DNA from: an uncultured virus (IMG/VR IMGVR_UViG_2061766007_002098)
Taxonomy: Duplodnaviria; Heunggongvirae; Uroviricota; Caudoviricetes
Direction: 5' to 3' (one strand)
DNA length: 13,044 nt
IMG/VR virus record: IMGVR_UViG_2061766007_002098
Positions within the stretch are counted from its first letter, which is position 1. Each line of letters opens with the position of its first letter. Shown here piece by piece: positions 1 through 7,740 of the stretch. Below the pieces are notes generated by a model. It saw only the letters and a list, made by a program, of their open reading frames with translations, was not told the DNA's origin and ran no database searches. The position numbers and the translations under genes are program-made.

Positions 1-234
1 GCGTGCCTTGATGCCGGTGCCAACCACGTTCGTATCGAACGAGTTGATGAGTGCGCCGGCGAAAGAACTGTTCTGGAAAAGTGCACGGGAACGGTAAGCG
101 AGGGTCTGGCGGTCGGCAGCAAGGTCGCGGTCAGCGCTACCCTTCGAGAAGAAGAAAGCCTTCAGGGCCTCGGTTACACCAGAAGCACCCTTCCATGCAC
201 GACCTTTCGCGTAAAAAATTCCAGGCTCACCCAT
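1..234 (-). CDS. Lambda-family (gpB-like) portal protein, 5' part; runs off the window
   Basis: Not in the ORF track; translated by hand from ATG at 234: MGEPGIFYAKGRAWKGASGVTEALKAFFFSKGSADRDLAADRQTLAYRSRALFQNSSFAGALINSFDTNVVGTGIKAR. The SAD.DL...L..RSR.L..N...A...I.....VVG.G pattern matches the N-terminus of lambda-type portals. The start overlaps the gpW stop (ATGGGTGA). Confidence 0.85.
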   Translation of the reverse strand, partial: MGEPGIFYAKGRAWKGASGVTEALKAFFFSKGSADRDLAADRQTLAYRSRALFQNSSFAGALINSFDTNVVGTGIKAR

Positions 235-463
235 GCAGAACGACCCTCCTCATACGCACACCGCTACGGCGCTTGCCTGCGGCAGCCTCCGCGTTCGCAA
301 GTTCACGGCCCCAGTAGGTCAGCGCGTCCTTGATTTCGGACCAGTTGGCCCGCGTGAGAGTGCGCCCGCCGATGGTATAGCTCTTCGAGTTAGATACGGC
401 CATAGAAGCCGCCTTCCACTTGGCGAGCTGTTCGCGGCACTCTTCAACGGTGTAAACGCTCAT
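227..463 (-). CDS. gpW-like head-tail joining / head completion protein
   Basis: 78 aa, MSVYTVEECREQLAKWKAASMAVSNSKSYTIGGRTLTRANWSEIKDALTYW... The SYTIGGRTLTRA motif, small size and position directly before the portal fit the gpW-like family. Confidence 0.8.
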   Translation of the reverse strand: MSVYTVEECREQLAKWKAASMAVSNSKSYTIGGRTLTRANWSEIKDALTYWGRELANAEAAAGKRRSGVRMRRVVLHG

Positions 464-472
464 ACACAAGGC

Positions 473-527
473 AATTTAGCCCTATTACAAGCGTAAAACA
501 CCCGTTTTGGAACATCTTTTTTAAGGC
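473..527 (-). promoter_or_regulatory. Putative late promoter copy 1 (AAAAGATGTTCCAAAA ... TAAATT) upstream of gpW/portal
   Basis: The reverse complement of 505-527 is identical over 23 nt to 7680-7702. TAAATT (478-473) starts 38 nt after the G of GATGT, the same spacing as in the other two copies. Confidence 0.65.
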
Positions 528-637
528 TATTTCGCCGTGGCAAGGGCCTTCTTGAAGTTTTCTTCGAAGTATTTTACCAGGCGGGTGTCCGCGATTTTCT
601 TCACGATTTCCTTGAAGGGCCACGCTTTGTTGATTTT
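527..637 (-). CDS. 3' end of a hypothetical phage protein, truncated by the N gap
   Basis: Open frame KINKAWPFKEIVKKIADTRLVKYFEENFKKALATAK*, with TAG at 529-527. It has coding-like codon usage and ends exactly where the promoter motif starts. Confidence 0.6.
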   Translation of the reverse strand, partial: KINKAWPFKEIVKKIADTRLVKYFEENFKKALATAK

Positions 638-648
638 NNNNNNNNNNC

Positions 649-2061
649 GATGCCGCTACCGGAACGCTGACTTTCGCTGTCGCTGGCTCCGCAGTCACTC
701 CGACTCTTGCTGCCGGTGGCACTGTTCGCCTGATGATTTCGGGCCAGTCCTGCCCTGTGAACGTGTCCGCCGGCGATTCCGCTGCAGACATCGCCACGAA
801 GGCCGCTGCGGCCATCAACGCGAAGAATAACTTGCCCGTTACGGCTTCCGCTTCGAGTGGCGTCGTGACCCTCACGGCAAAGAACCTGGGTGCATACGGC
901 AACGGCATCGATGTTCGCTGGAACCATAACCAGGGCGAAGTTCTCCCGGATGGCTTGAGCGTGACCCTGTCTGCNNNNNNNNNNTAACCAGGGCGAAGTT
1001 CTCCCGGACGGCTTGAGCATCACGCTTTCTGCAATGGCGAACGGCGGTGCTGACCCGTCCTACGAGGATGCAAAGGTCAAGGAAACCTGCGCTGGCAACT
1101 GGTTCAACATGATTGTCATCGGTTCTTCGGATACCGACAACATTACCTACATCAAGGAAATGCTCGACGAACGCTGGACCGCANNNNNNNNNNAATGGCA
1201 AATGGCGGCGCTGACCCGTCCTACGAGGATGCAGAGGTCAAGGAAACCTGCGCCGGCAACTGGTTCAACATGATTGTCATTGGTTCTTCGGATGCCGACA
1301 ACATTACTTACATCAAGGAAATGCTCGACGAACGCTGGACCGCAATCGTGCAGCAGACTGGCGTGATGTGCTTCAGCCTCAATGGTGGTGCCGAGACCGA
1401 TTTCACTACGAAGGCGAACGCGCAGAACTCCCAGGAGATTGTGATTGCTGCGCTTCCGAAGTCCCCGACTTCCGGTGCCGAGAAGGCTTCCGCTCTGTTC
1501 GGATGTATCGCTCCGAAGGCTCTGAACGATCCTGCCGCTCCGCTCCACAACTACGCCGTCGCCGGCGTGGTTGCCCCGCGTCGCGACGACCGCGAGGACT
1601 TCTACGGAAACAACAGGCTGCTCAAGGCAGGCTGTGCCGTGATGACCGCCGCCGAAGACGGTAGCGTGTTCACCAGCCGCATCGTGACGACCTACAAGCG
1701 CAATGCCCAGGGTGTCCAGGACAAGAGTTACATGCAGCTCGAAACCGTGCTGACGCTCTCTTACCTGCGCTGGGATTGGAACAACGCTCTTGCGCTCAAG
1801 TATCCGCACGCGAAGCTCGCTCCGGATGGCAGCAAGTTCGGTAAGGGCCAGCAGGTGATGACGCCGTCGCTTGGCAAGGCCGAACTCATTGCCCGCTACA
1901 AGATCTGGGAAGAGAAGGGCTTGGTCTACGATAGCGAGGGCTTTGCCCAGAACGTTGTCGTGGAACTCGATCCGGATGATGAATATGCCATGAACTTCTT
2001 GATTCCGGCACACCTTATCAAGCAGTTCTTTGTGTCCAAATCTAAACTGGTTTTTGATTAA
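649..2061 (+). CDS. Contractile tail sheath protein (Mu gpL-like); 5' truncated and interrupted by two assembly gaps
   Basis: Fragments DAATGTLTF...AAAINAKNNLPVTASASSGVVTLTAKNLGAYGNGI, MANGGADP, and ...RIVTTYKRNAQGVQDKSYMQLETVLTLSYLR...KYPHAKLAPDG...TPS are typical of Mu gpL-family sheaths. The fragments join in one frame once the overlaps 927-974/985-1032 and 1033-1183/1194-1344 are collapsed. Confidence 0.92.
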
Positions 2062-2072
2062 GGAGGTTGACA

Positions 2073-2453
2073 ATGGGTGACGAAATCGAAGTTGTCGGCG
2101 GTGAGTACGAGTTCAAGATCAACGGCTTCCTGTATAACCTGAAGGGCCATCCGAACATTGAGTATGGCGGCAAGCACTTCGAGCCCGTTATGGGCCCGGA
2201 CGGCGTGCTGCTTGGCTACAAGTGCGTCGGCAACAACCCGAGCAAGATTTCTGTTGTTCTGACTGATACGAGCGACCTTGACATTGTTGAACTCCAGCAC
2301 ATCAAGAACGCCACTATCACGCTCAAGAAGCCGAACGGCAAAACGTTTGTTATCGAGAATGCAAGTTGCAGCGCTCAGGTCACGGAATCGTGCGAAGAAG
2401 GCGAGGTGAGTTGCGAATTCTCCGGCAAGCCTGCTGACGACCAGAAATCGTAG
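2073..2453 (+). CDS. Tail tube protein (Mu gpM-like)
   Basis: 126 aa directly after the sheath, with SD AGGAGG at 2061-2066 and ATG at 2073. The sequence E.VMGPDGVLLGYK...NATITLKKPNGKTFV...EEGEVSCEFSG fits the Mu-like tail tube family. Confidence 0.88.
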   Translation: MGDEIEVVGGEYEFKINGFLYNLKGHPNIEYGGKHFEPVMGPDGVLLGYKCVGNNPSKISVVLTDTSDLDIVELQHIKNATITLKKPNGKTFVIENASCSAQVTESCEEGEVSCEFSGKPADDQKS

Positions 2454-2473
2454 GATAGTGTCCTTTCCTACGA
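2448..2473 (+). other. RNA hairpin over the tube stop codon
   Basis: TCGTAGGA (2448-2455) pairs with TCCTACGA (2466-2473). There is no U-tract after it. Confidence 0.5.
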
Positions 2474-2476
2474 CCT

Positions 2477-2553
2477 CCGCACTTCCGGTTGAAGCAGTGC
2501 GGTCCAGCGTGATTGCTTGGGCCGCGCTGTCCGGGATCAACACCCGGATGCGG
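2477..2553 (+). ncRNA. Putative structured cis-RNA: perfect four-way junction / tRNA-like cloverleaf
   Basis: Paired by hand: P1 CCGCA/TGCGG, P2 CTTC/GAAG, P3 CAGTGCGGTCCA/TGGGCCGCGCTG, P4 TCCGGG/CCCGGA with a 7-nt loop ATCAACA. No unpaired bases lie at the junction. Confidence 0.5.
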
Positions 2554-2587
2554 CTTAATTTCACAAATCCATAAAAGGAGTAAAAAT

Positions 2588-2839
2588 ATGGACTACAGAC
2601 TGATTAAGCCGATTACCAAGGCGAACGGCGAACAGATTGAAAGCGTTACCGTCAAGGAATCCTTTGTCGGTAAGGACTTGAAGGACATCGGTAACACGAA
2701 GGGCGAAGGCGACGCGCTGATTGCTCTTGTCGTGTGCGCTACCGGACAGTCTTCCTCCGTGGTGCTGAACATGGATGCCCGCGACGTGAAGGCTATCGGC
2801 GACCTTGCACGCCCTTTCTTGGCAGGTGGCGAGGCCTAG
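2588..2839 (+). CDS. Tail assembly chaperone (Mu gp41 / P2 gpE-like)
   Basis: 83 aa with SD AAGGAG at 2575-2580, located between tube and tape measure. The sequence Y.LIKPI...GEQIESVTV...MDARD...I.....PFL is typical of this chaperone family. Confidence 0.85.
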   Translation: MDYRLIKPITKANGEQIESVTVKESFVGKDLKDIGNTKGEGDALIALVVCATGQSSSVVLNMDARDVKAIGDLARPFLAGGEA

Positions 2840-2979
2840 GCTTCGACGACGGCTTTGCCGCACTGGCGGGCGTTTTCCATTGGTCTTACGACCAGATAAT
2901 GGCTCTCGATGCGGAAGCCTTCGAGTTCAGCCTGAAAGCGGTAGAAAAGTATGCCAAGTGGACGAATCCAAAGAAGTGA
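2812..2979 (+). CDS. -1 frameshift extension of the tail assembly chaperone (gpE'/gpGT-like)
   Basis: In-frame slippery heptamer C_CCT_TTC at 2812-2818. The -1 frame reads ...LGFDDGFAALAGVFHWSYDQIMALDAEAF...KK*, resembling the P2 gpE' 'IA.IFHWS' motif. No SD-preceded start codon is evident upstream of that motif. Confidence 0.8.
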   Translation, partial: PFLGRWRGLGFDDGFAALAGVFHWSYDQIMALDAEAFEFSLKAVEKYAKWTNPKK

Positions 2980-3000
2980 CCTGTTCGCGGGTCACTTTTT
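2976..3000 (+). terminator. Rho-independent terminator after the chaperone
   Basis: Stem GTGACCTG / CGGGTCAC with a TTCG loop, followed by TTTTT. Confidence 0.75.
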
Positions 3001-3007
3001 ACGCTCG

Positions 3008-3055
3008 AAAAGATGTATCTAAAAACAACTTTTTTGTATTGCTGAATTTTATTTT
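3008..3055 (+). promoter_or_regulatory. Putative late promoter copy 2 (AAAAGATGTATCTAAAAAC ... TATTTT) upstream of the tape measure gene
   Basis: GATGT at 3012, TATTTT at 3050 (+38) and ATG at 3062 (+50). There is no SD, and the site lies directly after a terminator. Confidence 0.6.
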
Positions 3056-3061
3056 GAAACT

Positions 3062-4878
3062 ATGGCAAATTCTCTGTTGGTAAAACTCGGTTTCAGCNNN
3101 NNNNNNNGCAGTCTTCCTCTGTTGTGCTGAACATGGATGCACGCGACGTGAAGGCCATTGGCGACCTTGCCCGCCCTTTCTTGGCAGGTGGCGAGGCCTA
3201 GGCTTCGACGACGGCTTTGCCNNNNNNNNNNGCGGACAAGGACTCCATTACCGGAACCGTTTCCGGGATTGGAAAAATCGATTCCGCGATTTCCGATTTG
3301 CACAAGAAGATGAAGTTGACATTTGCCGTCGGCGGATTCAAGCTTCTTGCTTCCGGTGTGAAATCTGTCGTTGGCTCGATTAAGACTTCCGTCACGAAGA
3401 GCTATGATTTTGTTAATGAATTAGCCAAGTCTGGTGACAAGATTGCGAAGACTTCGCGTCTGGTCGGTCTTTCTGTCAAGGATTACCAGGCGTTCAGCTC
3501 TGCGGCAAAGCATGCCGGGATGTCGACTGAAGAAATGGACAACGCCCTCCGCAGATTCAATGTAAATCTGGGCAAGGCCCGTAGTGGCGATAAGACCGCG
3601 TTCAAGATGTTCGACTCTATCCTTGGCGGAAAGAATCTGTCCGAATTTAGGAATGCTCCTTCGCTGATTGGAGCTATCGCGGATAGTTATCAGAAGCTAG
3701 GAACCGCAGAGCAGAAGGCGTTTGTTTCGCAGGAACTTTTCGGCAAGAGCGGCCTGAAAATGGCTGAACTGCTTTCGCAGGGTGACGAGGGTATAAAGAA
3801 ACTTATTGCGGATTTCGATGCTCTTGGCGGAGGTTTTTCTGAAGCTGGTGCAAAGGATGCCGAGGAATTTGTTGATCGTCTCCAGGAGATGAAGGAGACT
3901 GTCAATTCCGTCAAGATTGCCGTTGCAACAAGCCTGTTTCCAACGTTCATCGATATGTTCAAGGAAATTGGCGGATACATCAGGGAAAATCGCGAAACGA
4001 TTGTGCCGCAGATAAAGTCTATGTTTGCGAGTTTTGCAAACTTCGCAAAATCGACATTGCCTCTGATTCCTCCGCTGCTTGAGAAGTCTGCGAAAATCGT
4101 GGAGCTGATAGGCCCGAAGGCTCTTATGATCGGCGGCGTTGTCGCTTCGATTGTGCCAGGATTGATATCGATTGTAGGCGGTATTATGGCGATATGGCCG
4201 CTAATTATGAAGATTGTTGTCGGCGTTAAAGCGTTGGTTGCCTATGGCGGTGCTTTTATAACCGCATTGAAGATTACGGTCGCCGTGATTGGTGGTCCGA
4301 TGCTTGGGACAATCGGCCTTGTCATAGCTGCAGTCGTGTCTTTCGGTATCGCGATTAAATCTATATATGACAACTGGAATCTTGTCGGCGATGCTGTCGA
4401 ATTCGTCGGGGGGGCTGTTAAAGAATTCTTTTCGTGGGTTGGTAGCGGAATTTACTCGTATATTATCGACCCGGTCTGGAATTTTCTTAAAGAGTTGCCC
4501 GAGGCGTTTTCGAACTTGTGGGAAGGTTTCAAGTCCGGAATTTCGAACATCGGTTCGATGCTTTATGACGCCATTTTTGGAGGCATAAAGAAAGCGATAG
4601 ATTCTGCGCGATCTTTTGTCAAGGGTATTCCTATTTTAGGCAACTTGTTCGGCGGCGACGAGCAGCCTTCCGTGCACGAGGTTGCTTCCGGTTCTTCCAC
4701 TTCGGGCTCTGCGCCGTCGCTCGGTTCTACTGTTGCGAAGTCTGTCAGCGAAACGCGCACGACAACCACAAGCCGCTTCTCTGTTGACTTTACCAACATG
4801 CCGCGCGGCGTCCAGGTGACTCCGCCTGCGCAGGGCGATTATGACTGGTCTCGCGGTTACGTTCTCGGAGGGTTCTAA
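3062..4878 (+). CDS. Tail tape measure protein (about 560 aa or more; N-terminus interrupted by gaps and a misplaced allele block)
   Basis: ATG at 3062 gives MANSLLVKLGFS, and after the gaps the frame resumes at 3232 with ADKDSITGTV... It contains the TMP core (GDKIAKTSRLVGLS...AAKHAGMS...LFGKSG), a hydrophobic middle, W/F-spaced repeats and a C-terminal FSVDFTNMPRGVQV. It follows the chaperone gene. Confidence 0.88.
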
Positions 4879-6095
4879 TGGCAGAACATGCTTTGCACAA
4901 GGTAATGATTGAAACGCCTCAAGGCGTTGTCGAGTGTGTCGGCGGTTCTTATGCCGGAGTTCCTTTTTTTGTAGCGGATGGAGAAAAGTCTGGCGGACGT
5001 GAAATTATTACGAAGCCTATACCGTTTTCGAACAAGCATTCAAACGAGGATGGCGGTAAAAAGGTAAGCTCTTTTTCGTTCACGTTTTTTTTGCTTGGCG
5101 TTGATTGCGAAAGTAAGCGTGAAGCTCTTGAAGAGGCGTTTGACAAGGAAGGTTTCTTTGAATTAATTCATCCACAATACGGCAGATTCAATGCTCGGTG
5201 CAATGAGTATTTCATTGCGTACAAAAGCGAAACGCAGGAGTATATCGAAGGTAGTGCGACGTTTGTGCCGGAGCAGGACCCGAAGGAAACTGCAAACAGC
5301 GTCGAGGATCTGCGTGGTTCTGCCATCGAGAAAGCTGACGCTGCGCTCGATAAATCAAAATCGGATTTTGCGGAATCTTTTGACATCCTTGGGAAAGCGA
5401 AGTCGATTGTCGATTCTGTCGCGAACTATACCAATGGAATTCTTGACATGATCGAGAAAGCGCGCGAGTCGATTCGCAGTATGTCTGAATTCATCAATAC
5501 GCTTTCTCGGATTCGTGAAAATATCAGTCTGGCCATGAATGCGCCGGCTGATTTTGCAAGCCGTCTTCAGCATCTTCTTACTCTTGCTGATGATACTGTA
5601 TCCAGGGATGATGCTGCGAATGGATTTGTCAAGGAAAGTCTTTCGATAATGAATTCGGTGTTGTCGAATAAGCAGTCTACGGCCTACGCTTCTGCGGATG
5701 ATCTGTCCGATAAAATCGGGCGTCTTGTGTTGATGAGTGCTGCGTCGATGGTGGCGAAGTCTGTTGTTGACTGCAGGTTCGGCAGTGCGGAAGAGTCCCG
5801 CGAGATGCAGGACGCCGTTGCCGAGACATTTGCTTTTGCTGCCGAAGCTGCGGATTCTATCGACGATTACCTGAACCTACTGGACATGCAGTCTGCGGCG
5901 CTCAAATACCTACGTAACGACATGTCGAACCTGGCTGCTGTCGTGGAATATCCGATGAACGGCACGCGCGATATTCTTTCGGCGTGTTTCGATTGCTACG
6001 GGAGCCTGGACCGCGTTGACGATATCATGGAACGCAACGGAATCTGCGACCCGCTCATCATTACGCCGCGCAACTTGAGGGTGCTTTCTAAATGA
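4878..6095 (+). CDS. DNA circularization / tail tube-baseplate protein (Mu gpN-like)
   Basis: N-terminal GSYAGVPFFV...GGR......P....EDGG...LIHPQYG matches the Mu DNA-circularization N-terminal pattern. The C-terminal YGSLDRVDDIMERNGICDP segment is LysM-like. The start is coupled to the TMP stop (TAATG). Confidence 0.88.
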   Translation: MAEHALHKVMIETPQGVVECVGGSYAGVPFFVADGEKSGGREIITKPIPFSNKHSNEDGGKKVSSFSFTFFLLGVDCESKREALEEAFDKEGFFELIHPQYGRFNARCNEYFIAYKSETQEYIEGSATFVPEQDPKETANSVEDLRGSAIEKADAALDKSKSDFAESFDILGKAKSIVDSVANYTNGILDMIEKARESIRSMSEFINTLSRIRENISLAMNAPADFASRLQHLLTLADDTVSRDDAANGFVKESLSIMNSVLSNKQSTAYASADDLSDKIGRLVLMSAASMVAKSVVDCRFGSAEESREMQDAVAETFAFAAEAADSIDDYLNLLDMQSAALKYLRNDMSNLAAVVEYPMNGTRDILSACFDCYGSLDRVDDIMERNGICDPLIITPRNLRVLSK

Positions 6096-7147
6096 TCGAG
6101 GTTTTTGCGAACGGCAGAAAGTTTTCCAGTTGGACCGAGGCGCGAGTCTCGCGGTCGCTCGATAGGATTGCCGCGACGTTCTCGCTCACGCTTGTCGCGC
6201 GTTCCAGTGACGGCGACCGCGTCCGCCTTTTCCCTGGCGATGCCGTGACGGTTGTTGTCGATGGCGTGAAGGTTATCAGTGGCTACGTTGATGACCTCAA
6301 GGCGAGTTTTGCTGCGGGCAGCCATGCCATAAGCGTTACCGGGTCTGAAAAGACTGCAGATATTGCCGACTGCGGCATTGAAAGTCCGCTCGAGTGGAAA
6401 GACAAGACGATGGCCGAGATAATCGACAGCATCTGCAAGTCTTTCGGGCTCAAGTTCTCGAACAAGATGGATGTGGATGTCGGCAAGGCTTTTCCGCGAT
6501 TTGCCGTGGAGCCCGGAGCGAAAGCGCTTGATACCATCGCGAAACTCTGCAAGGAACGCGGGATTTTGCCGTGCTCCGACGGGCTTGGCAGCGTATTCCT
6601 GCTGAAACCCGAGTCGTGTGCGCGTGGGCCAGCCTTGAAGCAGGGCGAAAACCTGCTTTCTGCAAGCGTGGAATTTTCGCTTGTGGACCGTTTCTCGAAA
6701 TATTCCGTATATGGAACCGGCCGCAAGAAGGTTGTCGGCGAAGCGTCCGATGCTGACGTGGTCCGGACGCGTCCGATGATCATTGTGGACTCGAATTCCG
6801 TAGACAAGGAGCAGGTGCAGGCCCGAGCGGATTGGGAGTGCAAGGTGCGCAAGGCGAAGTCGATGAAGTTCAGCGCAAGCGTGAACGGATGGTCGCATTC
6901 CGGCGGTCTGTGGACTCCTGGCGTCATCTGTTCGCTTTTTGCCCCGGAGGCGTTCGTCGAGACTCCTGTCGACCTTCTCGTTTCGTCGGTCGAGTATTCC
7001 TGGGGTTCGTCAGGCTCGGTGGCGAACTTGACGCTAGTCTCTCCCGATGTCTACGCACCGCAACCCGAGTCGAAAAAGAAAAAGGCCAAGAAGGGTGCAA
7101 AGTCTGACCCGTGGGCCTCTGTAAAGAAGGCAGTAAGTGGCAAATGA
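6092..7147 (+). CDS. Baseplate hub protein (Mu gpP/gp44-like)
   Basis: NGRKFSSW...VSRSLD.IA..FSL, V.G..KTAD..DC, F.VEPG, GENLLSA....DRFSKY.V.G and RA.WE...R are Mu P-family motifs. ATGA overlap with the previous gene. Confidence 0.9.
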   Translation: MIEVFANGRKFSSWTEARVSRSLDRIAATFSLTLVARSSDGDRVRLFPGDAVTVVVDGVKVISGYVDDLKASFAAGSHAISVTGSEKTADIADCGIESPLEWKDKTMAEIIDSICKSFGLKFSNKMDVDVGKAFPRFAVEPGAKALDTIAKLCKERGILPCSDGLGSVFLLKPESCARGPALKQGENLLSASVEFSLVDRFSKYSVYGTGRKKVVGEASDADVVRTRPMIIVDSNSVDKEQVQARADWECKVRKAKSMKFSASVNGWSHSGGLWTPGVICSLFAPEAFVETPVDLLVSSVEYSWGSSGSVANLTLVSPDVYAPQPESKKKKAKKGAKSDPWASVKKAVSGK

Positions 7148-7686
7148 ATTTCGGTAATGTCCTGGAACCCATTTTGAGCCGTCTGCGCCTGATTGTAGGC
7201 CGCTGCACTGTTATCGCCAGCAAGTATGTGTCTGGCGAGTTGGAAACCGATGTGGAACTCATTGCTGGCGAAAAACGGCGCGGTGTAGAGTTTGTCCAGC
7301 AATACGGCTTTTCAAGCCGTCCGAAGGGCGAGGTGGACGGCATTGCGCTGTTTATCGGCGGCTCCCGCGAGAACGGCGTTGTCGTGGCTACGCACAGCGA
7401 CTTCCCGGAAAAACTTGAAGAGGGCGAAGTCGCGGTCCATTCGCCTTACGGTCAATACATCTGGCTCAAAAAGGATGGCTCGATTGTCGCGAAGCCTACA
7501 AACGGAAAATCTTTCCTGGTCGAAGGTGCGCTTGATGTAAGGGGTCATGTTTTTGCAACCGATGAGGTTGCGGCAAAGTGTGTCGATGCGGCCGGAACAT
7601 TCGTCAATGCCGCCGCCTACAATTTGAGCACACACAAGCACGGTTCCGCTATGGGCCCGACAACTCCGCCCATTCCTGGGCCTTAA
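7144..7686 (+). CDS. Baseplate central spike protein (Mu gp45-like)
   Basis: 180 aa from ATG at 7144 (ATGA overlap). Contains QQYGFSSRP, GG.R..GVVVA and L.EGEVA, plus a C-terminal HKH metal-binding apex motif followed by TTPP. Confidence 0.9.
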   Translation: MNFGNVLEPILSRLRLIVGRCTVIASKYVSGELETDVELIAGEKRRGVEFVQQYGFSSRPKGEVDGIALFIGGSRENGVVVATHSDFPEKLEEGEVAVHSPYGQYIWLKKDGSIVAKPTNGKSFLVEGALDVRGHVFATDEVAAKCVDAAGTFVNAAAYNLSTHKHGSAMGPTTPPIPGP

Positions 7687-7734
7687 AAAAGATGTTCCAA
7701 AAACGGCCTTAATATGTTATAGGTCGTTTATTTT
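7680..7734 (+). promoter_or_regulatory. Putative late promoter copy 3 (AAAAGATGTTCCAAAAAC ... TATTTT) upstream of gp46
   Basis: GATGT at 7691, TATTTT at 7729 (+38) and GTG start at 7741 (+50). There is no SD. 23 nt are identical to copy 1. Confidence 0.65.
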
Positions 7735-7740
7735 TGTGGT

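Noticed and set aside
527..660. Divergent head and tail operons sharing a promoter region, or an inversion breakpoint
   Set aside because: Both sides of the 10-N gap at 638-647 are mid-gene and lack their 5' ends, so adjacency and relative orientation cannot be trusted.
927..1344. Apparent tandem duplications or frameshifts splitting the sheath into three ORFs (pseudogene?)
   Set aside because: Each repeat pair directly flanks a 10-N gap and collapses into one open frame, so this is an assembly artefact.
2477..2557. Canonical tRNA gene
   Set aside because: The acceptor stem has only 5 bp, there is no TTC T-loop and no CCA, and the central arm is oversized. It is kept only as a tRNA-like structure.
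3108..3221. Second copy of the chaperone 3' end inserted in the tape measure gene (DGR template/variable pair or insertion?)
   Set aside because: It is bounded by N gaps on both sides, the differences are synonymous and not adenine-specific, and no reverse transcriptase is present. It is a misplaced allele contig.
505..7702. 23-bp inverted repeat (505-527 and 7680-7702) as invertase or recombination sites
   Set aside because: The orientation change is at the gap rather than at the repeats, and no recombinase is present. A third degenerate copy with fixed spacing to a -10-like box fits a promoter better.
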